DNA of 64,000 nucleotides from Thermoplasmatota archaeon. GTDB taxonomy: Archaea > Thermoplasmatota > Poseidoniia > Poseidoniales > Thalassarchaeaceae. A program made the position numbers and the translations under genes. Shown here one piece after another: positions 38,037 through 47,152 of the stretch (position 1 is its first letter; every line of letters begins with the position of its first letter). Where the stretch lies: the NCBI GenBank assembly GCA_036154155.1, contig JAYZLP010000023.1:3056-67055 (forward strand), written 5' to 3'. The notes below the pieces were generated by a model. That model made no database searches. It saw only the letters and a program-made list of their open reading frames with translations, and was not told the DNA's origin.

Positions 38037-39749
38037 TTAGTTAATCCTGATTAGCTGGAAATCGGTTAGCTCTCTGAGTATGCTCAATGCGGGACTATCT
38101 GAAACTGAGTCTAGGCACTCATGCGCAACAGCGTGGTGATGCATGGCTCTGTTCTTCGCGTATTCGATTGAGCCACTTTCGTGCAATTCGGCCACAGCTC
38201 TCGACAGCACATCTTCAGAACACTCTCCAGAACCATACGCCTCTGAAAATGCCGGCATTTCATGATCACAATTTAGAGCATGGATGGCAATCAATGTCTT
38301 CTTTCCTTGGACAATGTCTGATCCGGCTGGTTTTCCTAGGGTTTCCGTGTCTCCAGTGATATCAATCAAATCATCCATCAGCTGAAAACAAAGTCCCAAA
38401 TTTAGCCCCCATCTCTTCATATTGTCCACAGCTTCATCAGAAGCACCTGCAAGTATCGCCCCTGTTCCAGCGCATGTCTCGAACATCACGCTGGTCTTGC
38501 CTTTGATCATCTCGATGTATTCTTCCTCAGATACCGAGTCCCTAGACTCAAATGAGATGTCCTCCTGTTGACCACTCGCAACATTCCTTACCATTTCACC
38601 AATCGATCTTACTAGAAACCCGAGCTTGTCCTGTTCAATATGCGGCGACTCAGCCAGGATCTCAAAGGCAACTGCTAGCATCGCATCTCCAGCATTTATC
38701 GCCGTAGAATCATCATATGCTACATGCACTGCATCTAGACCTCTCCTGATGGGGTCCTGATCCATCAAATCATCATGTACGAGGGTGAAATTATGGATTA
38801 TCTCGATAGATGCACCGAGGGTATAGTGTCCTTCATGTGCCTCACCAACGGCCTCCCCTACTAATCTGGGCAGCGTAGCCCTCAGTCTCTTGCCACCCCC
38901 ACTGAATAGGTGACTCATGGCCCCATGCAACCTCTCCTGCTTCATTTTGCTGAGGCTGTGCATGATGACATCCTCAACATGCTCTCGGTGGTTGCCTATT
39001 GCAATCATTAGGTTCTGTCCAGGATTGACCGGCTCTCCATCCATCATGACCTCTCCGAAGTTGACAACCCCATCTATGGGTGGAATACTGCCCACATCTG
39101 GGTAATGATCGGCTAGGAATCTCCCCCATAGAAGTCTGAACCAAGGAGCAATAATCTCGCCCTCCCAAATTCCTGAGCCAGAAAACATCTCCTCAATTTC
39201 CTCTCCCTCTATCCATCTGTGGTTGGAGATTTCGTTTGGATTCGGGCTTACTTCAATTGAATCTGTGGTGGCCACCAATACATGATCTACTTCTCTCTCA
39301 ATCCATTCCTCATTCCATCTACATTCGTAAAGGAATGACCCTATGTGCCGAAAATCTATTCTGGCAATATCGTCCTCTGAAACCCCCAATTCCTGGGAAA
39401 GCTTCCTTTTCGCCGCATTAATGGCTCCTTCCGCTGGGTCCCCGTTCTCACCAGTAATGTCCAGGGGGTGGCTACAACACGAGTTCGCCCAAACGGATGG
39501 GAACGTGATTTTGTCATGTGACCTCTGCTGAACTAGCATTTTCCCCTCCCCATCAAACAATAACACACTGAATGCCCTGTGCAGAATCCCTTCCTCATAG
39601 TGGCAGTTAAATTTTGAATCGGAACCTGTCATTTTGTCCGCACTATCGACCAAGATACACATTTCGGACATCATTTCTGCCTGCGAGCTGTCCTGCCCAC
39701 TAAGTGCCCCATCTCGACTCGCCATAATTCCCGGAGGAATCGGCAACAT
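38037..39749 (-). CDS. idi-ggps: Bifunctional fusion: type-1 isopentenyl-diphosphate isomerase (Nudix) + geranylgeranyl diphosphate synthase
   Basis: The N-terminal half has IDI1 signatures (ILVDSADKMTG...HRAFSVLLFDGEGKMLVQQRSHDKITFPSVWANSCCSHPL, with the catalytic Cys and Glu). The C-terminal half is a trans-prenyltransferase with FTLVHDDLMDQD (first DDxxD) and a second Asp-rich motif FQLMDDLIDI. 570 aa as called. The true start may be the internal MM at about 39674. Confidence 0.8.
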   Translation of the reverse strand: MLPIPPGIMASRDGALSGQDSSQAEMMSEMCILVDSADKMTGSDSKFNCHYEEGILHRAFSVLLFDGEGKMLVQQRSHDKITFPSVWANSCCSHPLDITGENGDPAEGAINAAKRKLSQELGVSEDDIARIDFRHIGSFLYECRWNEEWIEREVDHVLVATTDSIEVSPNPNEISNHRWIEGEEIEEMFSGSGIWEGEIIAPWFRLLWGRFLADHYPDVGSIPPIDGVVNFGEVMMDGEPVNPGQNLMIAIGNHREHVEDVIMHSLSKMKQERLHGAMSHLFSGGGKRLRATLPRLVGEAVGEAHEGHYTLGASIEIIHNFTLVHDDLMDQDPIRRGLDAVHVAYDDSTAINAGDAMLAVAFEILAESPHIEQDKLGFLVRSIGEMVRNVASGQQEDISFESRDSVSEEEYIEMIKGKTSVMFETCAGTGAILAGASDEAVDNMKRWGLNLGLCFQLMDDLIDITGDTETLGKPAGSDIVQGKKTLIAIHALNCDHEMPAFSEAYGSGECSEDVLSRAVAELHESGSIEYAKNRAMHHHAVAHECLDSVSDSPALSILRELTDFQLIRIN

Positions 39750-39766
39750 ATAATCGAAATCCAGTA

Positions 39767-40564
39767 TTATGGCAATATCTTCGTACCTATGGGCAATAAG
39801 CCGTCAACCACTAGGTCGACTACCCTGTCAGGTTCTCTACCGTCAATAAACCAAACATTAGGCACCTTCCGTGCGATTTCTGAAGCCCTGCGGGCCTTGA
39901 GCTCAATACCTCCAGTAACATCCTCTTCTGCGTTATGGAAAGTCTCCGCTTCTACCCCTGGCGACCAAACATCGAGTAGAGCCGCACCATGCCTCTCCGG
40001 GGGCCTATCCATCATTCCAGGTGAGTCACCGAGAAGGAAAATTGAGTATTCGACGCCAGGCACCTCAATTGATAATCTTACCATCAGATCATCACCAGAG
40101 AGTATCCCAAACTCGGAAGGCCCAACCTTCTCTACCACATCTCCAAATGTAACCATGACTTCGTTCTGCGGAGATTCAGAAAACTCCTCCAAACTACCTG
40201 AAAAATCAGAACCGGTTCCCATGGCCCAAACTGATGGAGGCCGTGATTTGCATTGTAGGCCTTTGCCTTCTAAGCTACTAATGACATGCCCACTCAACTC
40301 AATCATGTCCCCACGTACTTGAATGACTGCTTCCCTCTGCCTATCGGCAATTTCCTCCTTTACGCCACTGCTGAGACCCCACTCCTTAGCTGTGAGGTGT
40401 CCAAATGACCCAGCTCCATGAACTAAAATCACTGAATGACCCTTTTCCACCAGAACAGATACCATGGTTGTGAGAGAATCAATAACGTCCAGCTTAACCG
40501 TCTTGTGTTTGGATTTGTCAGTAATCAGGCCGCCACCCATCTTGATAACCACTGTACTGTGCAT
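39767..40564 (-). CDS. ipk: Isopentenyl phosphate kinase (amino-acid kinase family)
   Basis: MHSTVVIKMGGGLITDK...VILVHGAGSFGH is the IPK N-terminal signature. Confidence 0.8.
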   Translation of the reverse strand: MHSTVVIKMGGGLITDKSKHKTVKLDVIDSLTTMVSVLVEKGHSVILVHGAGSFGHLTAKEWGLSSGVKEEIADRQREAVIQVRGDMIELSGHVISSLEGKGLQCKSRPPSVWAMGTGSDFSGSLEEFSESPQNEVMVTFGDVVEKVGPSEFGILSGDDLMVRLSIEVPGVEYSIFLLGDSPGMMDRPPERHGAALLDVWSPGVEAETFHNAEEDVTGGIELKARRASEIARKVPNVWFIDGREPDRVVDLVVDGLLPIGTKILP

Positions 40565-40638
40565 TTGCTCGCCCGTCCGAGACAGACAAATGATTTGGGT
40601 TCTCCTACTCCTAACATACACACAGGGTTCATTTCGGT

Positions 40639-40986
40639 ATGTCCTCTCGCACCCATATGGCCGAACCGAGCGAGATGGACAATTTCCAGAGATGGCTTCA
40701 GACCCAGCTTTCTATGACCTCATCTATCGAGGATCCTGTAGACAGGGAGCGTAGACGATTACAGATAGAGTCAGCAATAAGAGAGGCTATTGCATTCAGA
40801 GAGTCGCTTAAAATTCTTGAAGAGCTAAAGGTCTCCCCTCCATTTGTGAATTCTGAGAAATCAGTTAGGAGTATCTCCGAGGCACCGTCAAACAACTCGA
40901 AGGCAGACAACACAATGTGCCCTATTTGTGACTCTGACATAGAACAGGATTTGGGTTTCTGCACTGTTTGCGGAGAGAGGAGCTAG
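40639..40986 (+). CDS. Small hypothetical protein with a C-terminal zinc ribbon
   Basis: 115 aa, ending in CPICDS...CTVCGE (CxxC...CxxC). Confidence 0.35.
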   Translation: MSSRTHMAEPSEMDNFQRWLQTQLSMTSSIEDPVDRERRRLQIESAIREAIAFRESLKILEELKVSPPFVNSEKSVRSISEAPSNNSKADNTMCPICDSDIEQDLGFCTVCGERS

Positions 40987-41745
40987 TTACTCTTCTTCCC
41001 ACCTGGCTCTTGCTGCTTCAAATTCAGGGTCATCATCAGCCAAGACGCTCAGATATTCACCCGATACGGAGTCCGCGAGATAAACAGTTACTCCGGCGTG
41101 CCATATCGTGTCTCCCGAAGCTACCATCCTTGCAGTATCAACCTCCAATAGGGTGGGGCTTGCGTGATGCACGTGACCCGCCTCAGCTGCCGCCCTTATG
41201 GTAGCAGATAGGTGAACGTGAGAACGGCCACTGGGTGATATCCCGACCTCAATCAAATTCCCCGCCTCGTCGGGGGAACACGGGTAGTATAGTAGAGGTG
41301 GAATATTCTCAGTAGGCAGATCCAACTCAATCTCTAGGCTGTGCCCATATGTTGCCCTCATCATATTCCCTCTGACTTCGTAGCGGCCCTTTGGATCCGT
41401 TTCCGAGATGGCTCTGAAGTGATGCGGCCTTAGCCAATGAAATCTCCTCTCATTGGACTTTTTGAATTGGTATATGATGTCCTTAACATCGATCCAGCCA
41501 TTGATGTCCATTTCTAAATCGAACTTCTCAGGTGCGTGCCTTAGGACTAATGCCAGCCTTCTCGCTATCGTGTCTCTTTCATTCCCCCTCATGATGAATT
41601 TACCTTCCGAGTTGCATGCCGGACAGAGATCGTCATCGGAGAAATATCCATGTGTGTTGCACTCCCTAATCATTGTATCAGACATTCGAGATGCAATTAT
41701 TTCAAGAACCCCTCGGTCTAGATTCTCATTTTCCTCCCTACTCAA
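40987..41745 (-). CDS. kptA: RNA 2'-phosphotransferase (Tpt1/KptA family) with a Cys-containing N-terminal extension
   Basis: The RRLALVLRHAPEKFDLEMDINGWIDVKDI block matches the Tpt1 signature, and the catalytic R-H-R-R residues are present. The N-terminus carries CNTHG...CPACN. Confidence 0.7.
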   Translation of the reverse strand: MSREENENLDRGVLEIIASRMSDTMIRECNTHGYFSDDDLCPACNSEGKFIMRGNERDTIARRLALVLRHAPEKFDLEMDINGWIDVKDIIYQFKKSNERRFHWLRPHHFRAISETDPKGRYEVRGNMMRATYGHSLEIELDLPTENIPPLLYYPCSPDEAGNLIEVGISPSGRSHVHLSATIRAAAEAGHVHHASPTLLEVDTARMVASGDTIWHAGVTVYLADSVSGEYLSVLADDDPEFEAARARWEEE

Positions 41746-41776
41746 CGGTTATGTCCCTGATATTATCCGCAACACC

Positions 41777-42907
41777 GTGAGAGCTGTAATTGTCGACTGG
41801 GCGAGGACCCCATTCCATCGTGCTCACAAAGGAAGCTTATCTGATATAAGGCCAGATGAGATGCTTGGGCAGGTAACTAAGTTCTTGTTGAATCGTAACA
41901 ATATAGACCCAGCCACAATCGATGACATACTCGTGGGATGTGCTTATCCCGAAGGTGAGCAGGGATACAACATTGGGCGCCTTTCAGTATTTCTAGGCGG
42001 ACTTCCAAATAGTGTGCCGGGTGCTACGTTCAATAGGCTGTGTGGATCATCGATGCAAGCAATACTTACTGCAGCAGCGCATATCGAAGTTGGTTGGGGG
42101 GACTGTTTCCTCTGCTCTGGAGTGGAATCAATGAGTAGGATTCAGAGAAGAGGGTTCAATTGGAGCCCACATCCGGAATTGGAGCAGAATTACCCAGATG
42201 CATATGTGAATATGGGCATAACTGCTGAGAACGTCGCCGAGAAGTGGAATATTTCGAGAGAAGAGCAGGAAAATTTTGCCCTTAATTCGCACATCAAGGC
42301 AAGCACTGCACACCAATCCGGATTTTTCGATGATGAATTATGCGCGGTTGAGTCACATGATGTTGTGAGTACTGATGGATGCATCAGGCCCAATACGAGT
42401 TCAGAATCGATGTCCAAACTAAAGCCCGCATTCAGGGAAGGGGGAACTGTGACCGCCGCCACATCATCGCCCCTCACAGACGGCGCGGTTTCATTATTGG
42501 TATGTAGTGAGGAATTTGCATCGGCAAACGACCTTATTCCGCTTGCTAGGATTGTCTCAGGTGCGGTGGTAGGATGCCCTCCTGAGTTGATGGGAATAGG
42601 TCCGATAGAGGCCACGAGAAAGGCTCTTTCCAGAGCTAAATGGGATGTTGAATCAGTGGATATTTTTGAGATCAATGAGGCTTTCTCTTCTCAAAGCATC
42701 GCTGTAATCAAGGAATTGGGTTTGGATGAATCTAAGGTGAATATTGACGGTGGGGCAATAGCAATTGGGCACCCTCTTGGTGCATCGGGCGCTCGTATTA
42801 CCGGTAAGGCTGCCTCCCTCATTCAGAGAACCAACTCTCAACGTGCAGTTGCCACCATGTGCATTGGTGGTGGCATGGGTATCGCTATTGCGCTAGAGTC
42901 TCCTTGA
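41777..42907 (+). CDS. acaB: Acetyl-CoA C-acetyltransferase (thiolase)
   Basis: VIVDWARTPF... the active-site Cys in NRLCGSSMQAI, and the C-terminal catalytic CIGGGMGIA are present. A GTG start at 41777 is proposed. The upstream part of the track ORF overlaps kptA and is not thiolase-like. Confidence 0.8.
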   Translation: MRAVIVDWARTPFHRAHKGSLSDIRPDEMLGQVTKFLLNRNNIDPATIDDILVGCAYPEGEQGYNIGRLSVFLGGLPNSVPGATFNRLCGSSMQAILTAAAHIEVGWGDCFLCSGVESMSRIQRRGFNWSPHPELEQNYPDAYVNMGITAENVAEKWNISREEQENFALNSHIKASTAHQSGFFDDELCAVESHDVVSTDGCIRPNTSSESMSKLKPAFREGGTVTAATSSPLTDGAVSLLVCSEEFASANDLIPLARIVSGAVVGCPPELMGIGPIEATRKALSRAKWDVESVDIFEINEAFSSQSIAVIKELGLDESKVNIDGGAIAIGHPLGASGARITGKAASLIQRTNSQRAVATMCIGGGMGIAIALESP

Positions 42908-43454
42908 CTAGAAAACCATTGCAACTCGGGCACCTATCCCCCACCTTCAACTCAACAGGTATGACTGCCAGGATGCTGTGGCAGTTAGGACACGCTGCTA
43001 GAACCTCTCCTTCATTCAGCATTCCACCTGCAATTGAGTTACTACCCGAACCAGAATACCATTGCATGAATGCCTCGCTTCTGAGGGTGCCAATTCTACG
43101 CAATGAACTCACGCCAAGAAGGATGTATAAGGCGCCTTGGAATAATTGCCCCAACGAGAACATCACCATTCCAGAAACGATTAGAGCAAATCCACACATC
43201 AACAGGAATGACGAACCCAACCATGGACCAGGAGAGCCCTTTGATCTTAGAGACAATGCCGCCGCAACTCCGACGGGTATGGTCAATAGGCAAATAACGA
43301 TAGAACCGATTACTGGGAACGTTACCCCGTACTGGAGAAATGATATTGTCAGCAATAGTATTAGCATCGTCATAACGGAGATGAAAACCACCATATTTCT
43401 CAGCAGTCTTTCCATACTCAACGCCCTCTCCGTTCCTCCATGCATGCGACGCAC
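42885..43454 (-). CDS. Hypothetical membrane protein with a C-terminal zinc ribbon
   Basis: 189 aa with four hydrophobic helices, then CPNCHS...CPSCNG. It is preferred over the same-locus plus-strand extension, which has a non-protein-like composition. Confidence 0.5.
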   Translation of the reverse strand: MRRMHGGTERALSMERLLRNMVVFISVMTMLILLLTISFLQYGVTFPVIGSIVICLLTIPVGVAAALSLRSKGSPGPWLGSSFLLMCGFALIVSGMVMFSLGQLFQGALYILLGVSSLRRIGTLRSEAFMQWYSGSGSNSIAGGMLNEGEVLAACPNCHSILAVIPVELKVGDRCPSCNGFLVKETLAQ

Positions 43455-44685
43455 TCATGAATCACACGGCCTTGCGGTGCATGTGAGCAGAGACACGGGG
43501 GTTACAATCGCAAGTCGATGCCTCGAGGGGAGAAGAATCCTTCTGGCGGTTACTGGGGGCATTGCAGCTGTGGAGTCAGTGAAATTGGCGAGGGAGATAA
43601 GGAGGCATGGCGCCGATGTTTCGCCCATGATGTCTACAGACGCAACTAGGGTGATTTCACCATTGGCCCTGTCATGGGGTTCTGGTGTTGACGTGATTAC
43701 AAAATGGGAGCCATCGATGTCTCAGTTGGGAAGCTTTGACGCCATATTAGTGGCGCCCGCTACAAGGAACACCATAGCCAAGCATATTCACGGAATTATG
43801 GACTCACCAATAATGATGGCGCTGGCTGCATCACGCGGCAATAATACCCCGATACTGTTCGTACCGTCCATGCACAAAGATCTGTTCGATGACCCAGTGA
43901 CAGAGGAGCTTCTTTCGGCAGTTGCAGACTCAGGAGCTAGTGTCATTGTCGATGAACAATCGGAGGGAAGGAGGAAACAACCAGACCCAGTCTCGATTGT
44001 GGCCGAATTGTGCCACATGTGTAATTCATCTCTTCCCGCAAGACGAAAAGTTGCAATCACATTGGGTGCAAATAGGGCCCCGATTGACTCAGTCAGGGCA
44101 ATTCAAAACGCCTCTTCTGGTAGAACTGGTTGGGCCATTGCTGAACATCTTCATAGGATGGGCCATAGTGTAGTCTGTATCGCAGGAAAAACTTCCGTCC
44201 GTCCAACCTTCAAGATGCCAGATGTCCGTGTCGACGGAACTCCTCAGGGGATGCTCACAATAGCCAGAGATGTTGCTTCGGGCGACCCTAAGCCTGATGT
44301 CTGGATTCATGCCGCCGCCGTCCTTGACTATTTTCAGGAGCCAATCAAAGGTAAGAGGCCCAGTGGAAGCGGCAATTGGACTCTCGAACTAATTGAGGGT
44401 CCGAAACACATTTCAGAACTTTCAGAATTGACTACAGGCTCCTTTAGGATAGGATTCAAACTAGAGGTCAACTCTTCTGAAGAAGATTTAGTTAACAGGT
44501 CTCTGGAGCAGATATCCAGATACGGTATCGATGCTGTCGTGGCAAATAACTTGGATGATCTGAGCAGTGATAAGAAACCTAGGTGCCGCATTGTCATGCC
44601 TGATGGCAATTTCATTGTAATAGAAGATGAGATGTCTATGTGCGATTCTATTGAGTCCCTAGTTTCGCAACATAAGCTAGAATAG
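43444..44685 (+). CDS. coaBC: Bifunctional phosphopantothenoylcysteine decarboxylase / phosphopantothenate-cysteine ligase (CoaBC)
   Basis: The flavoprotein CoaC domain has RILLAVTGGIAAVESVKL. The CoaB domain has ITLGANRAPIDSVRAIQNASSGRTGWAIAE. The start was trimmed to the Met at 43444 (413 aa). Confidence 0.8.
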   Translation: MRRTHESHGLAVHVSRDTGVTIASRCLEGRRILLAVTGGIAAVESVKLAREIRRHGADVSPMMSTDATRVISPLALSWGSGVDVITKWEPSMSQLGSFDAILVAPATRNTIAKHIHGIMDSPIMMALAASRGNNTPILFVPSMHKDLFDDPVTEELLSAVADSGASVIVDEQSEGRRKQPDPVSIVAELCHMCNSSLPARRKVAITLGANRAPIDSVRAIQNASSGRTGWAIAEHLHRMGHSVVCIAGKTSVRPTFKMPDVRVDGTPQGMLTIARDVASGDPKPDVWIHAAAVLDYFQEPIKGKRPSGSGNWTLELIEGPKHISELSELTTGSFRIGFKLEVNSSEEDLVNRSLEQISRYGIDAVVANNLDDLSSDKKPRCRIVMPDGNFIVIEDEMSMCDSIESLVSQHKLE

Positions 44686-44725
44686 TTGCGAATAATTCAA
44701 GCCACGGTCATTCCGGGTTCGTACC

Positions 44726-46246
44726 ATGACAGGGCATGGCAAGGCCAAGAGGGGCATCCCCTCCAAGTCTGACTTCAATTCCTGGTATCCCTCAATTGTC
44801 GAGATTGCCGACCTAGTCGACAAGAGATATCCAATCAAGGGAATGGATGTATGGAAGCCATACGGTCTATCGGCAATGACGTTGATTGACGGCCTTGCTA
44901 GGCAGCAGATGTCCAAGACAGGCCACTCTGAGTATAGGTTCCCCCTACTAGTTCCCGAGGATTTACTGGAGAGGGAAAATAAACTCGTTTCCCGCCTGAA
45001 GGCTGCCAGGGCTGCTGGGGTGGACCCCTCGGAACTAAGGATCGAGGAGGAGGACTCGGGGTTCAAGAAAGAGGTCTATTGGGTAACGCATGGCGGTGAA
45101 AACGAACTCGATATCCCCATGTTCCTCAGGCCAACGTCAGAGACACCAATGTATACCATGTTCTCCTTATGGGTCAGGAGTCATGCTGACCTACCTCTGA
45201 AAACATTCCAGATTGTTAACACATTCAGATATGAGACAAAGCAGACCCGATCGTTCATCAGGGTCAGGGAGATACATTTCTTCGAAGCTCATACGGTTCA
45301 TGCAACCGAGGATGATGCCACTGAACAAATCAATGAGGATGCAGAGATGGTTCAGAGCATACTGCATGACCTCTGCCTTCCAAGCATAGTGTCAAAGAGG
45401 CCTGTCTGGGACACATTCCCAGGGGCCTGGTACACTATGGCGGCAGATGTTGTAATGCCTAACGGCAGGACACTGCAAGTAGCAACATATCACCACTATA
45501 GGGACCAATGGGCAGGAGCGTTCGACCTCTCGTACGAGGATTCGGATGGAAACACCCAACTCTGCCATCAGACAACATTTGGAATGTCAGAGAGGTTGCT
45601 TGGCTCGGTCGTTGGGATGCATGGGGACGATCAGGGACTAATCATGCCCCCTGCGATTGCCCCCTTCCAGGTTGTTTTGTTTCCAGTAGCAGCTCATGTA
45701 AATGAGAATGTTATGCCTGCAATAAAGGACCTGGCAGAATCACTTAGGTCATCAGGATATAGGGTAAAATTGGATGATCGTGATGTCAGACCAGGAGTTA
45801 AGCACTACGACTGGGAAATCAAGGGAGCCCCTATACGACTAGAGCTAGGCCCTAGGGACCTAGAGTCCGGTAATTGCGTACTCTCATTACGCACCGGGGG
45901 AAAGGAGGAGGTCTCGATCGAAGGCATTTCTGAAACGATTAGAAACAGACTCGACACAATTTCCGATGAACTCAGGAGCAGGTCCTCTGTACATATTGAA
46001 TCCTTAATTCGTCCGTTTCCCGGTGTAGTTCCTACTGGCGACAAGTGGGAGCTCGCGGGGGAAATCGAAGATGGTGTAATCTACGAAATCGCCTTTGACG
46101 GAAACGACTCTGACGCCGAGGTTCTCGAGAAACTCACAGGTCTGGCAATATTGGGCGATTGTGACGAGCCTTACTCCGAACCCAAGCCATGCGTTGTAAC
46201 TGGTAGGATGACTACTAGGAAGCAGCACCTTGCTAGGATGTACTGA
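44726..46246 (+). CDS. proS: Prolyl-tRNA synthetase, archaeal type
   Basis: 506 aa. Class II motifs are present (FRYETKQTRSFIRVREIHFFEAH), and the C-terminal archaeal-specific domain ends in ...Y. Confidence 0.85.
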   Translation: MTGHGKAKRGIPSKSDFNSWYPSIVEIADLVDKRYPIKGMDVWKPYGLSAMTLIDGLARQQMSKTGHSEYRFPLLVPEDLLERENKLVSRLKAARAAGVDPSELRIEEEDSGFKKEVYWVTHGGENELDIPMFLRPTSETPMYTMFSLWVRSHADLPLKTFQIVNTFRYETKQTRSFIRVREIHFFEAHTVHATEDDATEQINEDAEMVQSILHDLCLPSIVSKRPVWDTFPGAWYTMAADVVMPNGRTLQVATYHHYRDQWAGAFDLSYEDSDGNTQLCHQTTFGMSERLLGSVVGMHGDDQGLIMPPAIAPFQVVLFPVAAHVNENVMPAIKDLAESLRSSGYRVKLDDRDVRPGVKHYDWEIKGAPIRLELGPRDLESGNCVLSLRTGGKEEVSIEGISETIRNRLDTISDELRSRSSVHIESLIRPFPGVVPTGDKWELAGEIEDGVIYEIAFDGNDSDAEVLEKLTGLAILGDCDEPYSEPKPCVVTGRMTTRKQHLARMY

Positions 46247-47110
46247 TCATCTCTTCCTTAGCATCAGGCGCATTGTTACCAAGCTGAATAGCATCATTAG
46301 AGCACCATCGATAACACCGCCAGTTCCCGCTTGACCCCATGAATCAAGATTGTTATACTCAGGCAATTCGGACCATAGCAATCTAGTGTTTTCATCACAA
46401 TTGGGAGTCGAATCCGACATCTTAGCCAATACGCTCAAGCCTCCCACAGTGCCATTGCTGTATGCGACAGGCTCCCCTTCCAGACTCAGTATTGAGAGGT
46501 ATGTGTAAGGGGGCGTTGTAACCATCCAGTTTTCAGTCTGGATCCTCACTGTCTCACCTGCGGTCCAGGCGGATCCACCTTCGTCAACAACTTCATTTGA
46601 GCCATTTTCTGATATGACCCATGAAATGCTGTAGTTTGATGAAATGTTCATCCCCGTAACGGTCCATGAGATCAATAGATTTCCGTCATTAACCGTGGCC
46701 GAAGATGAGTAAGCCAGTTCCTTCGGACCTACTTCGTCCTCACATAGTGGGACATAGCTACCAATGCCTATCGCTACATTTGATGCCACTATGGAGAGGC
46801 AGAGCAGACTAACCACGATTGAGAAAACTGGCCTTCTAGGCGTCATCACTCCACCCGAATCTCCCTCATCGTCCGACTCTTCGCTTTCGGGTATCTCCAC
46901 TCCGCCATTGCCGTTTGATACAGAAATCCCATGCGCCTTTGGTTTGACCGGCTTATTGACGCCCATCTCTTCTAGAGCATCCCTCCCGTATATCCTCTCA
47001 GCCATAGAATAGAGCCCTGGGTCGCCCTCAATCTCGGAAGGATCGATAGATCCGTCAAGAAGGCCTTTGAGCCTCTCCGAGTCACTCATATTGTGCGCCC
47101 CACTATGCAT
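46247..47110 (-). CDS. Hypothetical two-TM membrane protein
   Basis: 287 aa. It has an acidic N-terminal region, a central TM, a Ser/Asn-rich ectodomain with several N-x-S/T sequons, and a C-terminal TM with a basic tail. Confidence 0.4.
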   Translation of the reverse strand: MHSGAHNMSDSERLKGLLDGSIDPSEIEGDPGLYSMAERIYGRDALEEMGVNKPVKPKAHGISVSNGNGGVEIPESEESDDEGDSGGVMTPRRPVFSIVVSLLCLSIVASNVAIGIGSYVPLCEDEVGPKELAYSSSATVNDGNLLISWTVTGMNISSNYSISWVISENGSNEVVDEGGSAWTAGETVRIQTENWMVTTPPYTYLSILSLEGEPVAYSNGTVGGLSVLAKMSDSTPNCDENTRLLWSELPEYNNLDSWGQAGTGGVIDGALMMLFSLVTMRLMLRKR

Positions 47111-47152
47111 ACTTCATCAATCAAACGCTAGCATGACCGAAATCGAGTCATT

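Noticed and set aside
41453-41776. A 5' extension of the thiolase ORF that overlaps kptA
   Set aside because: Thiolase homology begins at VIVDWARTPF. The extension is in antisense overlap with a well-supported KptA gene. A GTG start at 41777 gives a normal-length thiolase.
42859-43443. A 195-codon N-terminal extension of the coaBC ORF (the track ORF is 608 aa)
   Set aside because: The translation (MHWWWHGYRYCARVSL...NRNDEPNHGPGEPFDL...) is compositionally unlike protein. The CoaC flavoprotein motif begins only after the Met at 43444. The opposite strand encodes a plausible membrane protein.
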